The notes beneath the pieces are model-generated. The model worked only from the letters and a program-made list of their open reading frames with translations, was not told where the DNA came from and did not search any database. 36,708 nucleotides of DNA. It comes from a virus. Position 1 is the first letter of the stretch, and every line of letters starts with the position of its first letter. Position numbers and translations under genes: made by a program. Positions 26,642 through 33,041 of the stretch are shown here, piece by piece. The stretch covers positions 1 to 36,708 of the IMG/VR virus record IMGVR_UViG_3300028045_000006; one strand, given 5' to 3'.

Positions 26642-26821
26642 TTACAAATTAGATGGAAAGTCTATAGTGTCTCCTTGCTCTAAGTTAAACTTCTTTATCT
26701 TACTGCTTAATAACTTTGCATTTACATACTCTTGTATCTTTGGAGACCATACTTCTGGATTCAAAGGCTTACACCTCCATCTATTCCATAGCCAGTATTT
26801 TAAAAATCTTCTTATCTTCAT
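26642..26821 (-). CDS. Small ORF (59 aa), Trp/Lys-rich
   Basis: Hand translation: MKIRRFLKYWLWNRWRCKPLNPEVWSPKIQEYVNAKLLSSKIKKFNLEQGDTIDFPSNL. Preceded by TAACCAAATAG and ending in aatttgtaactaactaactaac. Confidence 0.45.
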   Translation of the reverse strand: MKIRRFLKYWLWNRWRCKPLNPEVWSPKIQEYVNAKLLSSKIKKFNLEQGDTIDFPSNL

Positions 26822-26829
26822 CTATTTGG

Positions 26830-27198
26830 TTAATCTAATGCTGGTACATCAGGCTCTTCCATCGTGCTTTTCATTATCTCCTGACTAACTACCTCTCTAT
26901 CTATTCTTACTACCTTCATCGAATCGAAGTCTTCCACCACGATAACGTTACATTTCATCGCCTTCGTCATCTTCTCAATCTCTGAATGAGTGAAAGCATC
27001 TCTCAGAACTGCAAGCGTGTCTCCTTCCTTAATATCAATCTTTCTCTTCTTCTCTAACTCTTCTACCTTCTCTGCTAGGTCATTCAACATCCTACCTTGC
27101 ATTACAGCCATCACTTTTAGTCCAGACCACCACCAAGGCAGCTTCATTCCTTCTTTGTAATAATCTTCTAATCTTTTCATTATGCTTTTGTTAAACAA
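26830..27198 (-). CDS. Hypothetical protein (122 aa)
   Basis: ORF track. Confidence 0.55.
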   Translation of the reverse strand: MFNKSIMKRLEDYYKEGMKLPWWWSGLKVMAVMQGRMLNDLAEKVEELEKKRKIDIKEGDTLAVLRDAFTHSEIEKMTKAMKCNVIVVEDFDSMKVVRIDREVVSQEIMKSTMEEPDVPALD

Positions 27199-27395
27199 CC
27201 ATGCGCTGTTTCTGCTGGATACATATTGCTGTCCTTTAATCCCGAAGACAAAGTGTAAAAGTATACAATCTTTCCCTCATCTTCTTCATCCTTCTTTTCT
27301 ACTTGTTCTATTAGTCTTGCCATTACACACTCTTCTCCAGTTATGACATGCTTTAGTCTGTCTCCTACTTTGAATAGTAAATCTTTCTCTTCCAT
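27180..27395 (-). CDS. Hypothetical protein (71 aa)
   Basis: ORF track. Confidence 0.5.
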   Translation of the reverse strand: MEEKDLLFKVGDRLKHVITGEECVMARLIEQVEKKDEEDEGKIVYFYTLSSGLKDSNMYPAETAHGCLTKA

Positions 27396-27398
27396 GGT

Positions 27399-27596
27399 TT
27401 ATTTTTTAGTAAATATGTTTTTGATCTTTTGTATTAGTCCTGGCTTTGGCTCTAAAGGATTCCAATAAGGATTCTGTTTCATAAACTCTCTTATAGCCAC
27501 TCCTCTGTATTGAGGGAATTCCTTTATAAACTCTTTAATTCTTTGCTGTGGACTATTCTTCCTTAGCATTAGCTTTAGAATTGTCTTTGGATTCAT
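27399..27596 (-). CDS. Hypothetical protein (65 aa)
   Basis: ORF track. Confidence 0.5.
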   Translation of the reverse strand: MNPKTILKLMLRKNSPQQRIKEFIKEFPQYRGVAIREFMKQNPYWNPLEPKPGLIQKIKNIFTKK

Positions 27597-27843
27597 TTAA
27601 ATCAGTTAATTGTTCTTCTATTTCTAAACACTGCAGTACAAGACTGTCTACTGGTTCTCTCGCTCCACACTCCCTACACACTAAGTCTATTATCCACTCA
27701 GTTTGCCCTGGGTCTATGATTTGATTGTCCCTTGAGAACTTAGACTGGTCTTTGTTCTTACACTCATCACAATAGTGAGTGATCTCTTTATTTCTTACCT
27801 TTAGGCGTATCCTTCTCCCCTTCGCCTTCTTTGATTGGATCAT
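27553..27843 (-). CDS. Zinc-ribbon protein (96 aa)
   Basis: Two CxxC pairs: CDEC...CREC. Confidence 0.5.
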   Translation of the reverse strand: MIQSKKAKGRRIRLKVRNKEITHYCDECKNKDQSKFSRDNQIIDPGQTEWIIDLVCRECGAREPVDSLVLQCLEIEEQLTDLNESKDNSKANAKEE

Positions 27844-27961
27844 TTTCTGGTAGTTTAGCTAAATGAATTTCATAACGTGGGACAACTCTTGTCACCCATC
27901 CTTCTTCTTTTAGTTCCTCCATCACTACCTTTAGTTTTTCCTGAGCGTCTTTTGACTCCAT
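27788..27961 (-). CDS. Possible small ORF (57 aa)
   Basis: Hand translation: MESKDAQEKLKVVMEELKEEGWVTRVVPRYEIHLAKLPENDPIKEGEGEKDTPKGKK. It overlaps the next gene by 56 nt and otherwise fills the 27844..27971 gap. Confidence 0.35.
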   Translation of the reverse strand: MESKDAQEKLKVVMEELKEEGWVTRVVPRYEIHLAKLPENDPIKEGEGEKDTPKGKK

Positions 27962-27971
27962 AGTTTTATTG

Positions 27972-28163
27972 TTAAGAATTTAGTGGAATTTGTTTAGTTT
28001 GCTTGTTTGTCACGAATCCGTTTGTCGCTCCGTCCTGCTTCATCGCTTTGTATATAAGTTCGTCTAACGCTGTTTGCGCCTCCTGTGCTTCCTGTACTGT
28101 GAGTGGCTTGGTCTTTTTTAGGCTCGACTCCCCACCCACTATTAAAGTGAATACTGTTGTCAT
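27972..28163 (-). CDS. Hypothetical protein (63 aa)
   Basis: ORF track. Preferred over the overlapping alternative frame 27994..28227 because it starts 12 nt after the upstream stop. Confidence 0.4.
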   Translation of the reverse strand: MTTVFTLIVGGESSLKKTKPLTVQEAQEAQTALDELIYKAMKQDGATNGFVTNKQTKQIPLNS

Positions 28164-28174
28164 TGAAAAATTCT

Positions 28175-28426
28175 TTAAAGTTGTTGTAAACTCTGTCGCT
28201 CATGTTTTGTTTTTTTATACTTCTCATAAGACCTCATATCTCCTTCCATTCTCTCGGGGCTAATATTAGTAAGCTCGTGCTTTGCGTCCCTACTGTCTAC
28301 TGCTTTTAAATATGATTCAGGATTATAAACCTTGCAACCTTCATCACACATCTCCTGCCAAAATTCAAAAAGCCTTACGCTGTCCGTAGACTCCCTGACT
28401 CCAAATTTATCTATAAGGTAGTACAT
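28175..28426 (-). CDS. Hypothetical protein (83 aa), first gene of the leftward arm
   Basis: ORF track. Confidence 0.55.
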   Translation of the reverse strand: MYYLIDKFGVRESTDSVRLFEFWQEMCDEGCKVYNPESYLKAVDSRDAKHELTNISPERMEGDMRSYEKYKKTKHERQSLQQL

Positions 28427-28447
28427 TTTAGTTTAGTTAGAGCTGTC

Positions 28448-28484
28448 GTGGTGAAGTTTCCCTCACCACTTCAACTTTCCCTCA
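28448..28484 (-). promoter_or_regulatory. Leader element of the leftward arm: two mutually exclusive hairpins and a TTTCCCTCA direct repeat
   Basis: GTGGTGA (28448..28454) pairs with TCACCAC (28463..28469). TGAAGT (28452..28457) pairs with ACTTCA (28468..28473). TTTCCCTCA occurs at 28457..28465 and 28476..28484. Confidence 0.35.
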
Positions 28485-28614
28485 TCCTATGAAAACTTAA
28501 ATCGTAATGATAAAAGCAAAACCATTATTACACACTTTAACCAAGAAATCAATAGAACTTGGGAACAGAAAGCCACCTGTCAACATTAGTTAGTAATTAA
28601 GTATTGAATAAGTA

Positions 28615-28643
28615 TTGACACTATATAGCACATTTGCTATACT
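28615..28643 (+). promoter_or_regulatory. Candidate early rightward promoter TTGACA-N17-TATACT
   Basis: Consensus -35 at 28615..28620, 17-nt spacer, TATACT at 28638..28643. The first rightward ATG is at 28674. The -35 overlaps a tandem AAGTATTGA repeat (28599..28607 and 28610..28618, 11-bp period). Confidence 0.6.
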
Positions 28644-28673
28644 AAGTGTGTAGTATTCATTAACCCTCAAAAT

Positions 28674-28838
28674 ATGAAAACCTACGATCCTGCTGAAGTT
28701 CTAATGACACACTTCGGCTACAGTAAGGAAGAGCTTGAACTTCTAATTGTTTCAGGCAAAAGTCTTGGTGAAGAGATTGACGAGTGTCAGTCTTGGGACG
28801 AAGCGTGTATAGAAAAGGAACTAACCCTATGCTCATGA
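28674..28838 (+). CDS. Small ORF (54 aa), first rightward gene
   Basis: Hand translation: MKTYDPAEVLMTHFGYSKEELELLIVSGKSLGEEIDECQSWDEACIEKELTLCS. ATGA overlap with the next ORF. Confidence 0.5.
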   Translation: MKTYDPAEVLMTHFGYSKEELELLIVSGKSLGEEIDECQSWDEACIEKELTLCS

Positions 28839-28903
28839 AAGACTATTTAATTCTAATTGTTTTACTTTTATTTTTATTCGCTATAATCAAAACCTATGCT
28901 TAA
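28835..28903 (+). CDS. Micro-ORF (22 aa), single hydrophobic helix
   Basis: MKDYLILIVLLLFLFAIIKTYA; translationally coupled on both sides. Confidence 0.35.
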   Translation: MKDYLILIVLLLFLFAIIKTYA

Positions 28904-28997
28904 AGATTCTTTAATTCTCCAAGTCCTCCTAATGTCTGCTGTTATATTCGTAGGAGGATTCGTAGCTGTTATATTTCTATTAACCTTCCCACTATGA
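28896..28997 (+). CDS. Micro-ORF (33 aa), single hydrophobic helix
   Basis: MLKDSLILQVLLMSAVIFVGGFVAVIFLLTFPL; ATGA overlap with the next ORF. Confidence 0.35.
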   Translation: MLKDSLILQVLLMSAVIFVGGFVAVIFLLTFPL

Positions 28998-29125
28998 ACA
29001 GAGAACAACTACAACTACTTAAAAAAATTGCTGAAAAAGCCAAGAAACTAGAAGAAGCCTGTGAAGATAACGCTGAAGCTTTGAGAGAAACTAGAAACGC
29101 ATTAGAATCCTTAAAACACTTATAA
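28994..29125 (+). CDS. Small helical ORF (43 aa)
   Basis: MNREQLQLLKKIAEKAKKLEEACEDNAEALRETRNALESLKHL. Confidence 0.4.
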   Translation: MNREQLQLLKKIAEKAKKLEEACEDNAEALRETRNALESLKHL

Positions 29126-29127
29126 AA

Positions 29128-29403
29128 ATGACAACCCCAATAGAGCTATTAAAGGAATCCATAGAAATTACAAAAAAAGCCAACAAGTTTGAAGAGAGTT
29201 TGGTTGACTCTGGAAACTTACATTCCATTCGGGAACTTGACCTTTCCGACAGGACCGACTGGCTTCTAAGTAGTCTTAATATTTGTAGCGTGGAGAAATT
29301 GTTGTTAATGAAAGATTATGAATTGGCGAACCTGCCAGGAATAGGAAGGAAGACCCTTGAAGAGATTGAAAGCGCCCTTCATCACCACAAATTATTTAAC
29401 TAA
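29128..29403 (+). CDS. RNA polymerase alpha-subunit C-terminal-domain (alpha-CTD)-like helix-hairpin-helix protein
   Basis: SIRELDLSDRTDWLLSSLNICSVEKLLLMKDYELANLPGIGRKTLEEIESAL follows the alpha-CTD pattern I.EL.LS.R..N.L....I.....L.....EL....N.G.KSL.EI...L. Confidence 0.6.
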   Translation: MTTPIELLKESIEITKKANKFEESLVDSGNLHSIRELDLSDRTDWLLSSLNICSVEKLLLMKDYELANLPGIGRKTLEEIESALHHHKLFN

Positions 29404-29409
29404 TAAGAA

Positions 29410-29619
29410 ATGAAAAGACGACACGCTAGATTCCTATATGCCTTGATGGACAAGATCTATGTCTCTAAGGTTGAAGGTAAGAACGACTTAGGAATGAAAA
29501 GACCTATTGCCGCCCACAAGATCAGACTCAAAGATATTAAAGAGATAGAGAAAGAACTTTGGGAACATATTAAAGACGACTTGCCTTTTTCAGACTTAGA
29601 TGATACATTAGACGCGTAA
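29410..29619 (+). CDS. Hypothetical protein (69 aa)
   Basis: ORF track. Confidence 0.5.
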   Translation: MKRRHARFLYALMDKIYVSKVEGKNDLGMKRPIAAHKIRLKDIKEIEKELWEHIKDDLPFSDLDDTLDA

Positions 29620-29648
29620 TTTATATACCTTCAACCACCTTACTACCT

Positions 29649-29804
29649 ATGTCTAAAACAACAAAAGAACAAATCATGGCCGCAGTTGTGAACGACTATT
29701 TCAACGACCTCGAGTTTATTGAGGCATTGAATAATTTAACCTACGGTAGAAAGGTTCAGTTGAAAGCTAACCTTAAAACCAACTATGAACCAAGGATGGA
29801 TTAA
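29649..29804 (+). CDS. Small ORF (51 aa)
   Basis: Hand translation: MSKTTKEQIMAAVVNDYFNDLEFIEALNNLTYGRKVQLKANLKTNYEPRMD. It fills the gap before the replication gene. Confidence 0.4.
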   Translation: MSKTTKEQIMAAVVNDYFNDLEFIEALNNLTYGRKVQLKANLKTNYEPRMD

Positions 29805-30531
29805 ACTACATAGGAAGATTACCGAATGGGAGTGGTACACAGAAACCAACACCTTCGCTGTTTTTATGCACCTTATCCTTACTTGTAACTTCAAACCAAC
29901 GAAGTGGAGAGGCATTGAATTACAGCCAGGTGAAACCGTTAAAGCCATAACAACGCTAGCTGAAGAAACTAACTTGTCAGTGCAAACGATTCGCACAGCG
30001 ATTAAAAGGCTAAAATCAACACGGGAACTAACACAAAGACAACACGGAAAACACCGCATCCTTAAGCTAAAAAGCTACGATGCCTATCAACTTGCTAACA
30101 CGGACTCTAACAATGAACTAACATCGAAACAACATCGTTTTAACATCGAATCAACACTAGATAAAGAATGTAAAGAAAGAAAGAATGAAAAGAATGAAAA
30201 GAAATACACGTCGGATTCTGACGAATACCGACTAGCTGCATTACTAATAGGAAAAATAATAGAGAATAATCCAACACACAAATTTACTTCCTTATCAGAA
30301 AAAGACCTAGAAACCCAAACACATAAATATTCCGCGGAGGTTGACAGAATGATAAGATTAGATTCTCGCACTCCAGGTCAGATAGAGTTTCTAATAGATT
30401 GGTGTCAGCAGGACGACTTCTGGCAAGGCAATATACTGTCTATGAAGAAGCTTAGACAAAAGTTTGATACCTTGGTAGCACAATGTAAGCGTAAGGCAGG
30501 AGGTGGGAACACAACAGCAATTATTTCTTAA
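29785..30531 (+). CDS. Replisome organiser / replication initiator (N-terminal wHTH, DnaD-like C-terminal domain)
   Basis: The N-terminal WIKLHRKITEWEWY...LAEETNLSVQTIRTAIKRL is typical of phage replisome organisers. The C-terminal IEFLIDWCQQDDFWQGNILSMKKLRQKFDTL is typical of the DnaD/phage C-terminal domain. Confidence 0.65.
   Translation: MNQGWIKLHRKITEWEWYTETNTFAVFMHLILTCNFKPTKWRGIELQPGETVKAITTLAEETNLSVQTIRTAIKRLKSTRELTQRQHGKHRILKLKSYDAYQLANTDSNNELTSKQHRFNIESTLDKECKERKNEKNEKKYTSDSDEYRLAALLIGKIIENNPTHKFTSLSEKDLETQTHKYSAEVDRMIRLDSRTPGQIEFLIDWCQQDDFWQGNILSMKKLRQKFDTLVAQCKRKAGGGNTTAIIS
30120..30205. repeat. Candidate replication origin: in-phase AACATCG iterons plus an A-rich tract inside the organiser gene
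   Basis: AACATCG at 30120, 30131 and 30142, with degenerate AACACT at 30153 (exact 11-bp period). It is followed by ataaagaatgtaaagaaagaaagaatgaaaagaatgaaaagaaa, which includes a tandem AAGAATGAA x2 at 30181..30198. Confidence 0.5.
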
Positions 30532-30541
30532 ATATAAAGAT

Positions 30542-31048
30542 ATGCAAAAATATGTAATGACCACGACAGATAAAACCAAGTTTATTTTGAGTGAAGAAGA
30601 GAAGGAGGCTGTATTCAAAGCGGTTCTCAATGGGAAACAAAAACAAATAGTAGTGCAAGGTCAGATGATTCCTATAAACATCGCACCGACAATAATAACC
30701 ATGGAACGTTGGTGGTCGCAAGAAAACGAAAGACTAGCACTCACACACCACCGGCTTTGTAAGAACTGCTTAAGTATCATGCACATACAGGACAAGTGTC
30801 CTTGTTGGAAAACAATGGGTAAAGGAGAACTTAAAAGTGGAATAGAAGCGCCACTACTACCACAAGGAGTTGCAGACACGATCCAACAACTAGCAGATAA
30901 AAAAGCCTTTCCTCAGCTAGATAGGTTCGACCGGGCAAAGCTTGAAGACGAAGAAAAACAGGCCAGGTTGGCGAATGCCAACAGAGCCATCTCTACCCAA
31001 GAAGGAGCTTACATTGATCCAGAAACAGGAGAAACATTTTATTCTTAA
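30542..31048 (+). CDS. Hypothetical protein (168 aa from ATG 30542; the longest ORF starts at 30503)
   Basis: ORF track. The 30503 start would overlap the organiser gene by 29 nt, whereas 30542 follows its stop. Contains CKNC...CPC. Confidence 0.5.
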   Translation: MQKYVMTTTDKTKFILSEEEKEAVFKAVLNGKQKQIVVQGQMIPINIAPTIITMERWWSQENERLALTHHRLCKNCLSIMHIQDKCPCWKTMGKGELKSGIEAPLLPQGVADTIQQLADKKAFPQLDRFDRAKLEDEEKQARLANANRAISTQEGAYIDPETGETFYS

Positions 31049-31060
31049 CCCAAACCCCCT

Positions 31061-31498
31061 ATGAAATTCACCTACGATTGCGAATGTTGCGGACACAAAC
31101 TGGTCGCATACACTCACAAGCTAAACAAGATGATGGTATCGTCGCTAGAACAGCTTGTAGAGTTTTACGATCAAAACCACAGGAGGGCTAATCTACAAAA
31201 AGATTTACACCTCACGAAGAACCAATACGCTAACTTCCAAAAGCTACAATACTTTGAACTTGTACATAGAGATTCAAACGGTTGGCTACCTACTCAAAAA
31301 GGATCAGACTTTATAGCTGGCAAGGTGTGGGTTCCAAACACAGTAGGAACTCTCGGCAAGAAGATTCTAGAACCAGACCATCCAGCTTGGGAAACTCACC
31401 AGAGAAGAATCGACTGGGTAAAGGTTGGAGACTATATTCCAACAACCTACAAACAGAGAGAAGAATACCAAGATGAGAAATCTTTAACTTTATTTTAA
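31061..31498 (+). CDS. Hypothetical zinc-ribbon plus putative winged-helix protein (145 aa)
   Basis: N-terminal CECCGH, then QKLQYFELVHRDSNGWLPTQKGSDFIAGK, which resembles a wHTH recognition region. Confidence 0.4.
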   Translation: MKFTYDCECCGHKLVAYTHKLNKMMVSSLEQLVEFYDQNHRRANLQKDLHLTKNQYANFQKLQYFELVHRDSNGWLPTQKGSDFIAGKVWVPNTVGTLGKKILEPDHPAWETHQRRIDWVKVGDYIPTTYKQREEYQDEKSLTLF

Positions 31499-31508
31499 CC
31501 TAAACACT

Positions 31509-31715
31509 ATGAGTCAACCAAACATTACAGCAGAAAGAATGGAAGCTACCTACAAAGCTATATGCTGGGAATGTAGCGAAGAATTCTTTGAAGGAAATGT
31601 AAAAGAAATTGAAGAATGGGCAAAGAAAAACGATCATGACCTTAACTGGGACGAAATGGAAGAAGGCTTCGCAAGCGTCCACTGTTACGACTGTTCTTAT
31701 ATTTACCACTTATAA
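31509..31715 (+). CDS. Small zinc-ribbon protein (68 aa)
   Basis: CWEC...CYDC. Confidence 0.5.
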   Translation: MSQPNITAERMEATYKAICWECSEEFFEGNVKEIEEWAKKNDHDLNWDEMEEGFASVHCYDCSYIYHL

Positions 31716-31724
31716 TCCAACCAA

Positions 31725-31931
31725 ATGAAATACTACCAGCTCGATACGGACAAGCTAATGGCAGAGGAGAGCCTAGACTCAAGCGCAATTGTTTCCTGCT
31801 TTAAACAGCTGTACAATTCGGTTAGAGCAATTTTCTATTTAATCAAAGTTATGCAAATAGAAATTGACGAAGGGCGTTATGACAGGATTTCAGAAGATGG
31901 CAAAAAGTTTTTTAAAGAATCACATAAATAA
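31725..31931 (+). CDS. Hypothetical protein (68 aa)
   Basis: ORF track. Confidence 0.5.
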   Translation: MKYYQLDTDKLMAEESLDSSAIVSCFKQLYNSVRAIFYLIKVMQIEIDEGRYDRISEDGKKFFKESHK

Positions 31932-31932
31932 C

Positions 31933-32637
31933 ATGAAACACCTAAAAGAAATTAAAAACTACATATACGATTCTCAAACAACTTTCTTTGGAGAAGGAAA
32001 CGTGGTTGGGTTTGGTGACGACAGTTTCTATCTAAAGGAACTGGACAAAAATGAAGCAAATAGAATCATTAGAGAAAATCACTATTCTAAAAAGATCTAC
32101 AACGGAAGTTATATACATCTTGGGGTTTGGATGAACGGGGACCTAGTAGGGGCGTTACAGTATGGGTACGCAATGAATCCAGCCAGCCAAAACGGTGTTG
32201 TGTCCGACACCAAAATTGATGAATACCTTGAGCTAAACAGGATGTGGTTAGACGACATAGCCCCAAAGAACAGCGAAAGCAAGGCTATTAGTTATAGTAT
32301 AAAATATATAAAACGGAAATATCCAAAAATAAAATGGATTCAGAGTTTCGCAGACGAAAGGTGTGAGTGTTTTGGCGTGGTATATCAAGCGTGTAGCTTT
32401 GATTACTACGGAGAACACACAAGTAGCTTCTGGGAATTAGATGGTGAAACATTCCACAACTCAATAAAAACAAGCGAGAAAGCAGGACCGAGGGGGTATA
32501 AACTACTGAACGATCCTAAAAACAAAGACAGGGTTATAAAACACAAATTAAGACAATTCCGATACATAAAGTTTTTAGACAGAAGGTGTAGAAAGAAATG
32601 CCTACTAAAAAAACAACAATATCCCAAACGGAGCTAA
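31933..32637 (+). CDS. Mom-like GNAT-fold protein (candidate DNA base-modification enzyme), 234 aa from ATG 31933
   Basis: EANRIIRENHYSKK...HLGVWMNGDLVGALQYG...ELNRMW...WIQSFADERCECFGVVYQACSFDYYGE...FRYIKFL...YPK parallels the conserved blocks I recall for the Mom family (HHY.., G....L.GV..FG, ELNRL, SYAD...GH.G.IYQA.N..Y.G, HRY.YFL). Confidence 0.55.
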   Translation: MKHLKEIKNYIYDSQTTFFGEGNVVGFGDDSFYLKELDKNEANRIIRENHYSKKIYNGSYIHLGVWMNGDLVGALQYGYAMNPASQNGVVSDTKIDEYLELNRMWLDDIAPKNSESKAISYSIKYIKRKYPKIKWIQSFADERCECFGVVYQACSFDYYGEHTSSFWELDGETFHNSIKTSEKAGPRGYKLLNDPKNKDRVIKHKLRQFRYIKFLDRRCRKKCLLKKQQYPKRS

Positions 32638-32644
32638 TTTCCTA

Positions 32645-32673
32645 TTGCATTTATATAGCACCTGTGCTAGATT
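32645..32673 (+). promoter_or_regulatory. Candidate promoter TTGCAT-N17-TAGATT with a spacer nearly identical to that of the 28615 promoter
   Basis: Spacers ttaTATAGCACctgtgc and ctaTATAGCACatttgc match at 14 of 17 positions. It lies in the 60-nt gap after the Mom-like gene. Confidence 0.5.
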
Positions 32674-32697
32674 TAAACCAATCAATAACCAATCAAT

Positions 32698-32859
32698 ATG
32701 ACAATAGTAGGATTCGCAAGATACAAAAGCAAAGAACAAAGAGCAAGACTTCACCAGACCGTTAAAGACAAGAAGTGGAAGAACACCAATCAGATGATGT
32801 TAGAAATGGCTGATGTGCCAGAACTTGTACCAAAGAAGCCACTCAAAACTATCAATTAA
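32698..32859 (+). CDS. Small basic ORF (53 aa)
   Basis: Hand translation: MTIVGFARYKSKEQRARLHQTVKDKKWKNTNQMMLEMADVPELVPKKPLKTIN. Confidence 0.4.
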   Translation: MTIVGFARYKSKEQRARLHQTVKDKKWKNTNQMMLEMADVPELVPKKPLKTIN

Positions 32860-32870
32860 CCCATATCAAA

Positions 32871-33041
32871 ATGGAAGACCTGTTTGAAGACTTTCTCAAA
32901 GACAAACACGCCAAAGACTATCACGGAACAGATGATGACATGTATGAAGATTTTGAAGCGTGGCTTATGAACTTAGACGTTCAGGAGCTACTAGACTACG
33001 GAAACGAACTTGCAAAGAAATTAACTAACCCAACTAAGTAA
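32871..33041 (+). CDS. Small acidic ORF (56 aa)
   Basis: Hand translation: MEDLFEDFLKDKHAKDYHGTDDDMYEDFEAWLMNLDVQELLDYGNELAKKLTNPTK. TAATG overlap with erf. Confidence 0.45.
   Translation: MEDLFEDFLKDKHAKDYHGTDDDMYEDFEAWLMNLDVQELLDYGNELAKKLTNPTK

Noticed and set aside
27994-28227. A 77-aa ORF overlapping both 28175..28426 and 27972..28163 in another frame
   Set aside because: It would overlap the upstream gene by 53 nt and is mutually exclusive with the 63-aa ORF, which starts neatly after the upstream stop. Its composition is less protein-like. Confidence in either model is still low.
30503-31935. Longest-ORF N-terminal extensions at 30503 (into the organiser gene), 31864 (into 31725..31931) and 33483 (into erf)
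   Set aside because: In each case an in-frame ATG sits right after the upstream stop (30542, 31933, 33534) with the usual A/C-rich leader. The extensions merely read through the 3' ends of neighbouring genes.
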